From: Rickettsiales bacterium
Lineage (GTDB): Bacteria; Pseudomonadota; Alphaproteobacteria; Rickettsiales; UBA1997
NCBI GenBank assembly: GCA_018969185.1
Contig: JAGWYT010000004.1
Coordinates: 1-61,102, forward strand
Direction: 5' to 3'
Length of the DNA: 61,102 nucleotides
In this document: piece by piece, positions 38,236 through 50,845 of the stretch
How positions within the stretch are numbered: position 1 is the stretch's first letter
Layout: the number at the start of each line of letters is the position of its first letter
Translations under genes and position numbers: made by a program
Notes under the pieces: generated by a model
What the model was told of the DNA's origin: nothing
Database searches by the model: none
Seen by the model: only the letters and a program-made list of their open reading frames with translations

Positions 38236-38757
38236 TTATTTTTTCTTCGATGCATTAGAGGAATTGCCAATCCAGAACACCATAATTCTTATTAAATATT
38301 CATTATCTTTACCTTTTGCAAAATAATCATTTACACCCGCATCATAAAAACTTTCTATTTTCTTCTCATCTTCATCACCAGTGAATGCAACTATCGGGAT
38401 TGGTCTTAGATTATTTTGTTTCTCGTATTTTCTGATTTCTTTGGTGGCTAAAACGCCATCCATGGTTGGCATATGAATATCCGTAATAATCAAGTCATAT
38501 TGATCGTTATTTACATCGCCTTTAGTTTCAGCAACATTGATCATGTAAAATGGTTGATTAACAGCAGTAGAAGTAATATATTTATCAATCAACTCCTTAC
38601 CATCATTTACCTGATCCACAATCATACCATAATTTTCAAGGTATTTTGCAAGTATCATACGGTTTGTTTGTTCATCATCAGCAACTAAAACCCTTTTATT
38701 CTTTAGGAGATTTAGATTAAGCTTTGATGATTGATTTGTTACATTATCTTGTTTCAT
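38236..38757 (-). CDS. Single-domain response regulator (receiver only)
   Basis: RVLVADDE, ITDIHMP, IVAFTG, YFAKG; closely similar to receiver 2 of HK1 and HK2. Confidence 0.9.
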   Translation of the reverse strand: MKQDNVTNQSSKLNLNLLKNKRVLVADDEQTNRMILAKYLENYGMIVDQVNDGKELIDKYITSTAVNQPFYMINVAETKGDVNNDQYDLIITDIHMPTMDGVLATKEIRKYEKQNNLRPIPIVAFTGDEDEKKIESFYDAGVNDYFAKGKDNEYLIRIMVFWIGNSSNASKKK

Positions 38758-38867
38758 TTCTGTAGATAAAACTTTTAAAACATAAAAATAGCTAACAGTG
38801 TCTAATTATTATTTGCAGAAATAACAAACTAAATTCTGCCTTCAATCTATGAATTATATTTCCGCCA

Positions 38868-38924
38868 TAAAAACTCAATTATCTAGGTAATTAAGATTTG
38901 TACATTTTATAAAGTGCTTCAAAA
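38868..38924 (-). promoter_or_regulatory. Bipartite upstream box, copy 2 (before the response regulator)
   Basis: Plus strand TAAAAACTCAATTAT-N28-AAAGTGCTTCAAAA. Confidence 0.65.
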
Positions 38925-39104
38925 ATTGGTTTTTATTGTTTTCTGGTTAAGGAACAAACTTTATCTTGCAATTAAAACTTTAGATCGTAAATTACCCGAC
39001 CTCTTTTTGGTATAATCAAAGAAATGTTATAGCTGCTTGCTGTTAGTTATGATCAGGTGAATTGAAGAGAAAATACCAAATTATCAATTAAATATTTTAA
39101 TATT

Positions 39105-39518
39105 ATGGCTCTTTACGAGACAGTTTTTATCGCTAGACAAGACTTGGCTGCAGAAGATGTTGATGCCTTGTCAAATAAGTTGGCAAAAATCATTACTGAT
39201 GGTAATGGTAAAGTTGTATCAAAAGAATATTGGGGCTTAAGAAATTTGTCCTATAAAATTAACAAAAATTCACGTGGTCATTACGTGATTTTGAACATTG
39301 ATTCTGAATATTCTGCTGTTGCTGAGTTAAAAAGAGTTATCGGTTTTAACGAAGATATCATCAGAAGCGTTACTTTCAAAGTTGATGAACATGCTAAAGA
39401 ATCAATGCTTTTCCTTTCTGCAACAGCTAAGGATTACAAAGCTGGAAAAGTAGCGGCTAAAAAAGAGCCAACTAAAACTGATCTAGTGATTGATCAAGTG
39501 CAATTTAACGAAGCTTAA
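39105..39518 (+). CDS. rpsF: 30S ribosomal protein S6
   Basis: MALYETVFIARQD, EYWGLRNLSYKINK, GHYVILNI. Confidence 0.97.
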   Translation: MALYETVFIARQDLAAEDVDALSNKLAKIITDGNGKVVSKEYWGLRNLSYKINKNSRGHYVILNIDSEYSAVAELKRVIGFNEDIIRSVTFKVDEHAKESMLFLSATAKDYKAGKVAAKKEPTKTDLVIDQVQFNEA

Positions 39519-39536
39519 TTTTAAAATAGGTAAAAT

Positions 39537-39875
39537 ATGGTTGCTAAAGTAATGAAGAAAAATAATAAAAATGCTCCTCATCACAATGCTGAAGGTGATA
39601 ATGAAGAAGGCTACGTAAAGGTTTCTCTTGTTAATCAAAGCGTTTTTGTTAGAAAGAAAAAAACTTGTCCACTTCGTGACATTCCTTTCTCTGAAATAGA
39701 TTATAAAAATTTAAAACTTTTGAATAAATTTGTTTCTGAAAGGGGCAAAATTATTCCAAGCAGAATTACCAATGTTTCAATGAAAAAACAAAAAGCTTTA
39801 TCTAACGCAATTAAAAGAGCGCGTCATTTAGCTTTGATTTCTCCAATTGGTAAAGAAGTAACTCAAAATCAGTAA
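39537..39875 (+). CDS. rpsR: 30S ribosomal protein S18 with N-terminal extension
   Basis: IDYKNLKLLNKFVSERGKIIPSRIT, AIKRARHLAL. Confidence 0.96.
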   Translation: MVAKVMKKNNKNAPHHNAEGDNEEGYVKVSLVNQSVFVRKKKTCPLRDIPFSEIDYKNLKLLNKFVSERGKIIPSRITNVSMKKQKALSNAIKRARHLALISPIGKEVTQNQ

Positions 39876-39881
39876 TTAATC

Positions 39882-40523
39882 ATGAAAATTATTTTAACCG
39901 CTGCAGTTCCTAATCTAGGTAAAGTTGGTGATGTAGTTGAAGTAAAAAACGGCTATGCGAAAAATTTTTTAATTCCAACTAAAAAAGCAATTTGTGCTAC
40001 TTCTAACAATAGCAAAATTTTTGAACTTAAAAGAAAAGAGTTTGAACAAGCAAATGATTCTGAACTTGCAACTGCTACAAAAATCAAAGATAAGATTTTT
40101 GGTAAAGATGTTGTAATTCTTGAAAATGCATCTGATGATGGCAGACTTTACGGTTCAGTTAATTCTTCAGTTATCGCTGCAAAAATTAATGAAGTTGCTA
40201 AAGGTAAATCTGTTGCAAGAGTCAATATCTTCTTGAAAAAACCAATTAAAGAAGTTGGTGTTTATCAAGTGAAATTAACACTTCACTCTGAAGTTGTTTT
40301 TGAAGTTCGTCTTGTTGTTGCAAGAAATGATTCTGAAGTGGTTGCACTTCTAAAGGCTGATAAAAAAGCTTCTGAAAAATCTAATATTGATTTGGAAGAA
40401 AAGAAATCTAGAAAATCTGCGAACAAAGAAGAAGCTTCTGAAGTAGTTGCTGAAACAGCAGAAGAAAATGCTGAAGCTAAATCAGAAAAACCAAAAAAAG
40501 TTAAGAAGAAAAAAGCAGAATAA
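39882..40523 (+). CDS. rplI: 50S ribosomal protein L9 with charged C-terminal tail
   Basis: LGKVGDVVEVKNGYAKNFLIP, GRLYGSV, LHSEV. Confidence 0.96.
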   Translation: MKIILTAAVPNLGKVGDVVEVKNGYAKNFLIPTKKAICATSNNSKIFELKRKEFEQANDSELATATKIKDKIFGKDVVILENASDDGRLYGSVNSSVIAAKINEVAKGKSVARVNIFLKKPIKEVGVYQVKLTLHSEVVFEVRLVVARNDSEVVALLKADKKASEKSNIDLEEKKSRKSANKEEASEVVAETAEENAEAKSEKPKKVKKKKAE

Positions 40524-40550
40524 TTTTTGCTAAAATTTTTTTATAAAATG

Positions 40551-40585
40551 AACCGCCTTTGGTAATTATCAAAGGCGGTTTTTTT
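40551..40585 (+). terminator. Rho-independent terminator after rplI
   Basis: AACCGCCTTTG-GTAATTAT-CAAAGGCGGTT followed by a T run. Confidence 0.85.
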
Positions 40586-40598
40586 ATTGGTAAAATTT

Positions 40599-40732
40599 AA
40601 ATCTTTCGTCATTCAACTTCGCTAAAGCAAAGTTGAATGACACCTCCTTTTTCAAAGGATGTTAGAACGAATTTGCTATGCCTTCCCCCTTTGAAAAAGT
40701 GGGAAGGGTCGCGAAGCGGCGAAGGGGGAATT
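40599..40732. repeat. Family-3 doublet (simple loop form)
   Basis: GTCATTCAACTTCGC-TAAA-GCAAAGTTGAATGAC-ACCTCCTTTTTCAAAGGATGT, then an inverted unit CCTTCCCCCTTTGAAAAAGTGGGAAGG...GAAGGGGGAATT. Confidence 0.7.
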
Positions 40733-40976
40733 AATTTATTTTTAATAAAATTTTATTTTTCTAAAAAACCAGTTGCAAAATAAAAATTATTTGTTCTAGA
40801 AAAAGAAAAATTTCTCATCAATTTTCAAATCAAAAAATCACAAATTTTTTTAAATTAAAAAAAGAAATTTTTCTTAAAAATAAATTATTAAATTTTTTTA
40901 ATTTTTTTTAATAATCTTTTTAGAAACCTTGAATATCAAGCTTCCAAAGCATGTAATAAATTATTTAAAAACCTAC

Positions 40977-41006
40977 TTGACTTTAAAGAAGGAACAAGTT
41001 TATAAT
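40977..41006 (+). promoter_or_regulatory. Promoter of the stand-alone 23S-5S unit
   Basis: TTGACT-N18-TATAAT with discriminator ACTCGCCCC, preceded by a long A/T-tract region. Confidence 0.65.
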
Positions 41007-41321
41007 ACTCGCCCCTAACTTTTTTAAGTTTAGATGATAGCAGTTATGATTTCGTTTTTGATGTCAATTAAAGTTGGCAATTAAGAAGGTCTTTTAGCTA
41101 AATTACTTTATTACTTTGAGATGAAAAATTTAAGATAGCATTAATGCTTTCTTATTGATTCTAGTCTTTTAAGTAAAGTTGGGTATGTTGTTTTCAAAGT
41201 GAATAATTAATAGTTAGAGAATACCGTAAGAAAGCATTTTAAAAAAATGCTAACTTAACGAATTCAAATAATCTCAAGAACCTTATATCTTGCTTGCAGA
41301 TTTTATTCTGCACACAACTTC

Positions 41322-44085
<2,764 letters not shown>

Positions 44086-44188
44086 ACGAAGTTGTGTGTA
44101 GTATAAAATCTATATATGATGGATGTAAGGTTTTTGAGAAGCTAGAATTCAGGTATACTCTAACTATTAATTATAAATGTCACTTATT

Positions 44189-44307
44189 GGCTTGGTGACG
44201 ATAGCGGTGTGGAACCACTCGACACATTCCGAACTCGCAAGTGAAACGCAAGTCGCGCCGATGGTACTTAGTCGTTAGGGCTAGAGAGATTAGGTTATCA
44301 CCAAGCT
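44189..44307 (+). rRNA. rrf: 5S rRNA
   Basis: GCTTGGTGA / TCACCAAGC helix I, CATTCCGAACTC, GCCGATGGTACT; flanked by AAATGTCACTTA / TAAGTGACATTT. Confidence 0.93.
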
Positions 44308-44337
44308 TGTAAGTGACATTTACTTTTAATAATAACT

Positions 44338-44373
44338 AAAAACCCGCCTAATTAATTTTAGGCGGGTTTTTTT
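44338..44373 (+). terminator. Rho-independent terminator after 5S
   Basis: AAAAACCCGCCTAA-loop-TTAGGCGGGTTTTT followed by further Ts. Confidence 0.88.
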
Positions 44374-44526
44374 ATTTTCTTGATTTCATCATTATTTTTG
44401 AATCGCTTTTTATTTCAGGGATGAAGATATATGGGAATAATTTCTTCATTTTTTCAACTCTATATTGAAATAATTGCTTATCATAATTAAATTCTTATCT
44501 CTATTAAAACTTCTAAAGCTAATTAA

Positions 44527-46377
44527 ATGAATAATTCCAAAAAAAGTCTTCTTACCTGGTTAATAATTTTTGTTGTGGTGATGATGGTTTCAAACATCAT
44601 TGCTGGTCCTTCTGGTATTAATGGTAATAATCTCGCTTTTAGCGATTTCATGAAGAAGGTTGATGCAGCTGAGGTGGTTCATGTCGATATTAAAGGTAAT
44701 GACTTAGTTGGAAAATTAAAAGATGGTTCACAATTTTATACATATCTCCCAGATTATCCTAATTTAATAGAAAAATTACGTGAAAAAAATGTTGAGATAA
44801 ATGCTGTTCCTTTGGTGAGTAAGTCAGAAAGGATAGTTGGTGGAATCTTAGGTTTCTTGCCATTCGTTTTGATGATTGCTTTATGGATATTTTTTGCTAA
44901 AGGCATGTCTGCAAGCAGTAATCGCGCGATGGGGTTTGGTAAATCAAAAGCAAAACTTTTACAAGAAAATAAAAACCGCGTTACTTTTGCTGATGTTGCA
45001 GGTATTGATGAAGCAAAACAAGAATTAAGCGAAATTGTTGATTTTTTGAAAGATGCTAAAAAATATACTGAAGTTGGTGCGAGAATTCCTCGCGGATGTT
45101 TATTAATTGGTTCTCCCGGAACTGGTAAAACATTGTTAGCGCGCGCTATTGCTGGTGAAGCTGGTGTGCCATTCTTCTCAATTTCAGGATCAGATTTTGT
45201 TGAAATGTTTGTGGGTGTTGGCGCGTCACGTGTTCGTGATATGTTTGAGCAATCAAAAAAATCAGCACCATGCATTGTTTTTATTGATGAAATTGATGCG
45301 GTTGGAAGACACAGAGGTTCTGGAGTTGGTGGTGGAAATGATGAAAGAGAACAGACGTTAAACCAATTGCTTGTTGAGATGGATGGTTTTTCAGAAAATG
45401 AAGGTGTGGTAATTATTGCAGCAACAAACCGTCCTGATGTTTTGGATCGTGCTCTTTTACGTCCTGGTCGTTTTGATCGTCAAGTTACAGTGCCAAATCC
45501 TGATATTATTGGTCGTGAACAAATTCTTGCAGTTCATGTTAAAAAAATTAATGCGGCGGCAGATGTTGATATTAAAGGTATTGCACGTGGCACTCCAGGT
45601 TTTGCTGGTGCTGATTTAGCTAATTTGATTAATGAAGGTGCTTTAATGGCGGCAAGAAATAATCAGAAAATGGTTACCATGAAAAATCTTGAAGAGGCAA
45701 AAGATAAAATCATGATGGGACCAGAAAGAAAAAGCATGGTGATGCAAAAAGAAGAGAAAGAATTAACGGCCTATCATGAAGCGGGGCATGCAATTACGGC
45801 GATTAATTCTGCTAATTCTGATCCAATTCACAAAGCAACAATTATTCCACGTGGCCGTGCTTTGGGTCTTGTTATGCGCTTGCCGGAGCGTGATCGTTTT
45901 TCAATTACTCGTGCAAAATTACATGATGATTTAGTTGTGGCAATGGGTGGACGTGCTGCTGAAGAAATGATTTTTGGTTATGATAGAGTTACAACTGGAG
46001 CATCTTCTGATATTACACAAGCAACAAATATGGCGCGCAACATGGTAATAAAATGGGGCTTATCTGACAAGGTTGGAACAATTGATTATAGCTCTGATGA
46101 TAGCTCATCTTATTATCCACAACAAAAAGAATTTTCAGAAGAGACTGGAAAATTAATTGATGCTGAGACTAAGAGAATTGTTGATGAAGCTCTTACAAAA
46201 GCAAAAAATATTCTTAATGAGAAAAAAGCTGATCTTGAAAAATTAGCAAAAGCTTTGCTTGAATATGAAACGCTAACTGGTGATGAGATTAAGTCTTTAC
46301 TGGCTGGAAATGAGATTAGAAAAAATTCATCGACAGAAACTCATAGTAGAGCCAGCTTTATTCCGTCTCAATCTTAA
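44527..46377 (+). CDS. ftsH: ATP-dependent zinc metalloprotease FtsH
   Basis: Two N-terminal TMs, [32 protein letters not shown]. Confidence 0.98.
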   Translation: MNNSKKSLLTWLIIFVVVMMVSNIIAGPSGINGNNLAFSDFMKKVDAAEVVHVDIKGNDLVGKLKDGSQFYTYLPDYPNLIEKLREKNVEINAVPLVSKSERIVGGILGFLPFVLMIALWIFFAKGMSASSNRAMGFGKSKAKLLQENKNRVTFADVAGIDEAKQELSEIVDFLKDAKKYTEVGARIPRGCLLIGSPGTGKTLLARAIAGEAGVPFFSISGSDFVEMFVGVGASRVRDMFEQSKKSAPCIVFIDEIDAVGRHRGSGVGGGNDEREQTLNQLLVEMDGFSENEGVVIIAATNRPDVLDRALLRPGRFDRQVTVPNPDIIGREQILAVHVKKINAAADVDIKGIARGTPGFAGADLANLINEGALMAARNNQKMVTMKNLEEAKDKIMMGPERKSMVMQKEEKELTAYHEAGHAITAINSANSDPIHKATIIPRGRALGLVMRLPERDRFSITRAKLHDDLVVAMGGRAAEEMIFGYDRVTTGASSDITQATNMARNMVIKWGLSDKVGTIDYSSDDSSSYYPQQKEFSEETGKLIDAETKRIVDEALTKAKNILNEKKADLEKLAKALLEYETLTGDEIKSLLAGNEIRKNSSTETHSRASFIPSQS

Positions 46378-46389
46378 TCTTCTACTACA

Positions 46390-46478
46390 CGTCATCCTTG
46401 AAATGCGAAGCATTTCGAGGATCTCATGAGTTAAAAGGAAGAGATCTTCGAATTTACTTCGTAAATTCAAGGATGACG
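46390..46478. repeat. Family-1 variant palindrome
   Basis: CGTCATCCTTGAAATGCGAAGCATTTCGAGGATCTC...GAGATCTTCGAATTTACTTCGTAAATTCAAGGATGACG. Confidence 0.8.
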
Positions 46479-46556
46479 AGATTAATTTTAGTTGAATTTA
46501 AGTGCTTTAGTCTTAATTTTTGTCAGAGTTAATCGTTAAAATAAATTTCTTAAATT

Positions 46557-47663
46557 ATGCAATTTGAAGTAGCAAAGCCAACATTGTTGAAAGCGGTTTC
46601 AAACGTTAATGGCGCGGTTGAAAAGAAAAATACTATTCCAGTTTTACAAAATATTAAAATTGAAGTTGCAGGAGACAAAGTTAATTTGGTGGCAACTGAT
46701 ATGGATATTTTGGTTACTACAGATTTTGAAGCAGATGTTAAAAAGGGTGGCGCTACAACAGTGCCGGCACAAATGTTTTTTGATATTATCAGAAAAATTC
46801 CTGATCTATCAAAAATTATGATTTTGCAAGAAAGTCCAACAATTTTACAAATAAAATCAGGTAAATCGAAATATAATTTGCCATGCATTGAAGCTTCGGA
46901 ATTTCCTAATTTATCTGAAGGGGATCTTGGTGGTGCGGCTGAAATTGAATCAGAAAAATTAGCAAAAATGATTGATAAAACACGTTTTGCAATTTCTAGT
47001 GACGAAGCACGTTATTACTTAAATGGTTTATTTTTACAAGCAGTTAAAAAAGATGCCGGTTTTGAATTGCGATCTGTTGCTACAGATGGACATAGACTTG
47101 CTTTATCTCACACGCCAGCTGTTAATTTTGATAGTGAATTTGGTGTTATTTTACCAAAAAAATCAGTTGCAGAAATTAGAAGAATTATTGACGGAACTAA
47201 GAAAGTTAGTATTGCGGTTTCTCGTGTGAAAATAAAAATTATTGCTGAGCAAACAACTATTGTTTCAAAGCTTATTGACGGTGAATTTCCTGATTATGAT
47301 AAGGTTCTACCAAAAAATAATAGTCAATTAGCAGTGATTAATAAAAAGACTTTTTTTGACTGTGTTGATCGTGTTTCAACAGTTGCTAATGATAAGCATA
47401 AATCAGTTAAATTAACGCTTGAAAATGGTAAGATGAATTTACAAGTGAGCACCAATGATGGCAGTTTTGCTTATGAAGAATTTGATGTTTCATATAGTGG
47501 AGATAAAATTGAAACAGGTTTTAATTCACGCTATCTTCTTGATGTAATTGGTCAAGTTGATAAGGAAGAAGTGTTGATGAGATTCAAAGACAGAGTTTCT
47601 CCAGCATTGCTTGAAGCGAGGGATATGTATTCGATTTTCGTTATTATGCCGGTTAGGGTATAA
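46557..47663 (+). CDS. dnaN: DNA polymerase III beta clamp
   Basis: TIPVLQNIKI, ATDMDI, RYYLNG, VATDGHRL, GFNSRYLLD, VIMPVRV. Confidence 0.97.
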   Translation: MQFEVAKPTLLKAVSNVNGAVEKKNTIPVLQNIKIEVAGDKVNLVATDMDILVTTDFEADVKKGGATTVPAQMFFDIIRKIPDLSKIMILQESPTILQIKSGKSKYNLPCIEASEFPNLSEGDLGGAAEIESEKLAKMIDKTRFAISSDEARYYLNGLFLQAVKKDAGFELRSVATDGHRLALSHTPAVNFDSEFGVILPKKSVAEIRRIIDGTKKVSIAVSRVKIKIIAEQTTIVSKLIDGEFPDYDKVLPKNNSQLAVINKKTFFDCVDRVSTVANDKHKSVKLTLENGKMNLQVSTNDGSFAYEEFDVSYSGDKIETGFNSRYLLDVIGQVDKEEVLMRFKDRVSPALLEARDMYSIFVIMPVRV

Positions 47664-47669
47664 ATATAG

Positions 47670-47837
47670 TGTCATTCTGAGCGCAGCGAAGAATCTCGTC
47701 CAAGTGTCATGAGATCCTTCACAAAGAAAAAGTTAAGCAACAAGTTGTTTAACTTTTTCTTTGTTCATGATGACAAGTGGTTTAGTAATTATTAAGTTGA
47801 AACTTGGTAATGGATGCCGTCTTTCGACGGCATGACA
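47670..47837. repeat. Family-1 element (47670-47775) plus a short REP-like palindrome (47811-47837)
   Basis: TGTCATTCTGAGCGCAGCGAAGAATCTC...GAGATCCTTCAC-[AAAGAAAAAGTTAA...TTAACTTTTTCTTT]-GTTCATGATGACA; TGGATGCCGTCTTTCGACGGCATGACA. Confidence 0.8.
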
Positions 47838-47850
47838 AAAGTGTAAAATT

Positions 47851-48960
47851 GTGACACAAATCTCAAAATTAATTCTTACAAATTTTCGTAATTTCTCTTC
47901 TAAGAAACTTGAATTCTCTTCGCAGTTGGTTTTTTTATTTGGTGAGAATGGTGTTGGAAAAACCAATATTTTAGAAGGGTTAACTCTTATTGGGCGTAGT
48001 CAGGCTTTGCGCCCCGCTGATTTTGAAGAGATGATAAATAATGAGAGTAAGAATGGATTTACTGTTTATGCAGAGCTGGTAAATCATGATTTAATTGAGA
48101 AATTAGGCGTTGCTTTTGATTTAGAAAAAAAGAAAAAATTATTTCAAGTTAATGGTGAAATTCTCAGTAATAAGAAACAAAATGAGTTAAAAAATAAATT
48201 AATAAATTTTATTTATTTAACGCCACAAATAGAATCGCTATTTATTTCAGGAAAGAGTGAAAGAAGGGTATATCTGGATAAAATTGTTTCTGACATCGAT
48301 GTTGAGCATCAAAACCGCATTAATAGCTATCAAAAATTACTCAAAGAAAGATTATTAATTCTGCAAAAGTACAAATCTAATGATTCTGTCAAATGGCTTG
48401 ATGTAATTGAAAATCAAATTGTTGAGCTTGGTATGGCAATTGCCTCAGCGCGTATTGAGACAGTTGATTTCTTTAATAAAGCTATAAATTCATTTTCTTC
48501 AAATTTCCCAAAACCACAATTACAAATAATTGGTGATGTTGAGCAAAATGTTATGAAGCAAAGTGCGGTTTTATTAGAAGAAAATTATAGGCAAAAATTA
48601 AAGGAAAATCGTAATAGTGATTTAGTGAATTTTAAAACTGCATTTGGTGTTCATCGTAGTGATTTTGATGCGATATTTACTAAAAAAAATATCTCAGCAA
48701 AATTTTGTTCAACCGGAGAACAGAAGTCAATTATGGCTTCAATCACTTTGGCGCGCGCAAAAATTTCTGCTACTTATAGAAATCAACCAACAATTTTGAT
48801 ATTTGATGAAGTGGCTTCACATCTTGATAATAAAAGAAAGAGTGATTTGTTTGAAGAAATAAAAGAAACAAAACTACAATCTTTTTTTAGCGCTACTACG
48901 CAAGATTTAATTCCTAAAAAATATTTATTCCAAAGCAAAAATCTATTGATAGTAAATTAA
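47851..48960 (+). CDS. recF: DNA replication and repair protein RecF
   Basis: NFRNF, Walker A GENGVGKTNILE, CSTGEQKS, LIFDEVASHLD; follows dnaN. Confidence 0.93.
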   Translation: MTQISKLILTNFRNFSSKKLEFSSQLVFLFGENGVGKTNILEGLTLIGRSQALRPADFEEMINNESKNGFTVYAELVNHDLIEKLGVAFDLEKKKKLFQVNGEILSNKKQNELKNKLINFIYLTPQIESLFISGKSERRVYLDKIVSDIDVEHQNRINSYQKLLKERLLILQKYKSNDSVKWLDVIENQIVELGMAIASARIETVDFFNKAINSFSSNFPKPQLQIIGDVEQNVMKQSAVLLEENYRQKLKENRNSDLVNFKTAFGVHRSDFDAIFTKKNISAKFCSTGEQKSIMASITLARAKISATYRNQPTILIFDEVASHLDNKRKSDLFEEIKETKLQSFFSATTQDLIPKKYLFQSKNLLIVN

Positions 48961-49011
48961 TATTAATTGCAGTAGCAAAGTATTTTTACTTTGGTATATA
49001 AGAAGGGTAGA

Positions 49012-49293
49012 TTATAGCGATAGATAATTTGTGATAAGAGAAAATAATAATAATATGTAGAAGATTAGAAGTGCTGGTGTTAGAAGGCTTATAGCATTTG
49101 ATATTTTTTTTGTGAGGCTGATTTGATTTATATTTTTTATATAAATAAAATATCCAACAAAAAATATAATTGATGTACTTACTGCTGCAAAAATTCCTTC
49201 CTCAAAATAATTCGTCAGAAAGAACAATCCGTAAAGAAGAGTAAGTGGAATTAAAAAGTTTGAGAGTGATAGAATTACTGTGTTTTTTTTCAT
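49012..49293 (-). CDS. Small hypothetical membrane protein (weak MnhB-like N-terminus)
   Basis: Three hydrophobic segments; LSNFLIPLTLLYGLF resembles MnhB helix 1, but the GGGF motif is absent. Confidence 0.5.
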   Translation of the reverse strand: MKKNTVILSLSNFLIPLTLLYGLFFLTNYFEEGIFAAVSTSIIFFVGYFIYIKNINQISLTKKISNAISLLTPALLIFYILLLFSLITNYLSL

Positions 49294-49335
49294 TATATTG
49301 AAAATGTTTTCGTAGTATTAAGTTCTACATAAAAT

Positions 49336-49371
49336 AAAACCCTGCCACTTATAATTAAGTGACAGGGTTTT
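49336..49371 (-). terminator. Rho-independent terminator after the pilin gene
   Basis: Minus strand AAAACCCTGTCACTT-AATTAT-AAGTGGCAGGGTTTT followed by ATTTT. Confidence 0.8.
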
Positions 49372-49399
49372 ATAAAACTTTTCTCCAAAGAAAAATCAA

Positions 49400-50215
49400 T
49401 TAAGAGTTTACGTCAACTTGGAAAGTTAAAGCACAAACCTTAGAGCTTGCTGAAGACACGATATAACCAGTGTTAGCAGAAGCACTTGCAGTATAGCAAG
49501 TAGTTAAAAGACCTCTAACTCTACCAGCATTTGCAAAACCGTCATCAACTTTAGTGTCGATTGAAAGAGCATCTGGACCAGTAAGAGAAGCTGTAGCTAA
49601 AGGAGCTGAACCATTCACCAAAGTGTTAGCAACTGTTGTAGATGCAGTAGTAGCACCAGTTAACACAACAACGTTTTGATAAGCTGGAGATGCAGCTTTA
49701 CCTTCACTAACAGAAGTTGTATAAGCTGCGTCAGTAGCAGAAGTTACAGCGATACGATAGTCAAAATGCCATCCAGCAAATTTGATTTTAGAAGCAGGCA
49801 TGTTAGTTCCAACTGCTTGTGAGTTAGTAATGTTAGAAGAAGTTAAGTTTAAGCTGTTATCAATAGTACCAGTTTTGATTAATTGATCCCAAGCAACAAC
49901 TGATTCTGAAGAATAAGTTGTAATGTTAGCGTTATTATATTGAATTTTGCTGTTTAATCCATAAGTGGTATCAGATACAGCTGAGCCTGCAACTGCTGTT
50001 GTATAGTCACCAGGAAGAGCATTGTACTGAGAGTAGAAACCGCTAACAGCAACAGCATATCCTCTAGCTTCGCTAATAGCAGAACGTAATTCTGAGCTTT
50101 TAATCAAGCTTGCACCACCAGTTACACCGGCAATTAAAAGACCAATGATGATTAACACAATTGATAATTCGATCAGTGAGAATGCTGATTTTTTTGAAGA
50201 AAAAGTTTTTTTCAT
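49400..50215 (-). CDS. Type IV pilin-like protein (class III signal)
   Basis: KKSA|FSLIELSIVLIIIGLLIAGV, YNALPGD, IDTKVDDG, C-terminal Cys pair. Confidence 0.85.
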   Translation of the reverse strand: MKKTFSSKKSAFSLIELSIVLIIIGLLIAGVTGGASLIKSSELRSAISEARGYAVAVSGFYSQYNALPGDYTTAVAGSAVSDTTYGLNSKIQYNNANITTYSSESVVAWDQLIKTGTIDNSLNLTSSNITNSQAVGTNMPASKIKFAGWHFDYRIAVTSATDAAYTTSVSEGKAASPAYQNVVVLTGATTASTTVANTLVNGSAPLATASLTGPDALSIDTKVDDGFANAGRVRGLLTTCYTASASANTGYIVSSASSKVCALTFQVDVNS

Positions 50216-50341
50216 AATTTGTAAAACTAGTTATTTTTATTTATTATAAGGAAAGCGAAAGCTAACTTAAGAACTAAAAGCTCTAACTTAGATTAGGTAA
50301 TTAAGCAACTGAATTTCTTGATGTCAATATATTATTTTTCT

Positions 50342-50815
50342 TTATACAAATTTTACATCGATTATTTCATAATTTGACACACCACCTGGAGTTTTAATTT
50401 CAACTTCATCACCAGATTTTTTTCCTAAAAGAAAACGCGCAACAGGCGAAAATACTGATATTAGACCATTATCGATATCTGCTTCAAACTCACTTACTAT
50501 TTTATAAGTAACCATTTTTCCATTATCGAGATTTTCTAGCTTAACAGTTGCACCAAATTGAACATTATCACCTTTAAGGTCAGAAATATTAATCACTTCT
50601 GCTCGAGAAAATTTATTTTCAAGATCAGCAATTTGCGCTTCAATTAAACCTTGTTTATCTTTTGCAGAATGATATTCAGCATTTTCTTTTAGATCGCCAA
50701 GCTCCCGCGCTTCAGCAATCGCGGTGATGATTCTTGGTCTTTCAACCATTTTTAAATTATCAAGTTCAGATTTTAATTTTTGATAACCTTCTTTGGTAAT
50801 TTGAAATTTTTCCAT
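50342..50815 (-). CDS. greA: Transcription elongation factor GreA
   Basis: ARELGDLKENAEYHSAK, ISVFSPVARFLLGK. Confidence 0.97.
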   Translation of the reverse strand: MEKFQITKEGYQKLKSELDNLKMVERPRIITAIAEARELGDLKENAEYHSAKDKQGLIEAQIADLENKFSRAEVINISDLKGDNVQFGATVKLENLDNGKMVTYKIVSEFEADIDNGLISVFSPVARFLLGKKSGDEVEIKTPGGVSNYEIIDVKFV

Positions 50816-50845
50816 TTTTATCTCTAGTATATTTTTGTTATCTAA

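Noticed and set aside
46377-48960. Replication origin near dnaN-recF
   Set aside because: No dnaA or gyrB alongside, and no DnaA-box cluster noticed; the intergenic spaces are filled by palindromic repeats.
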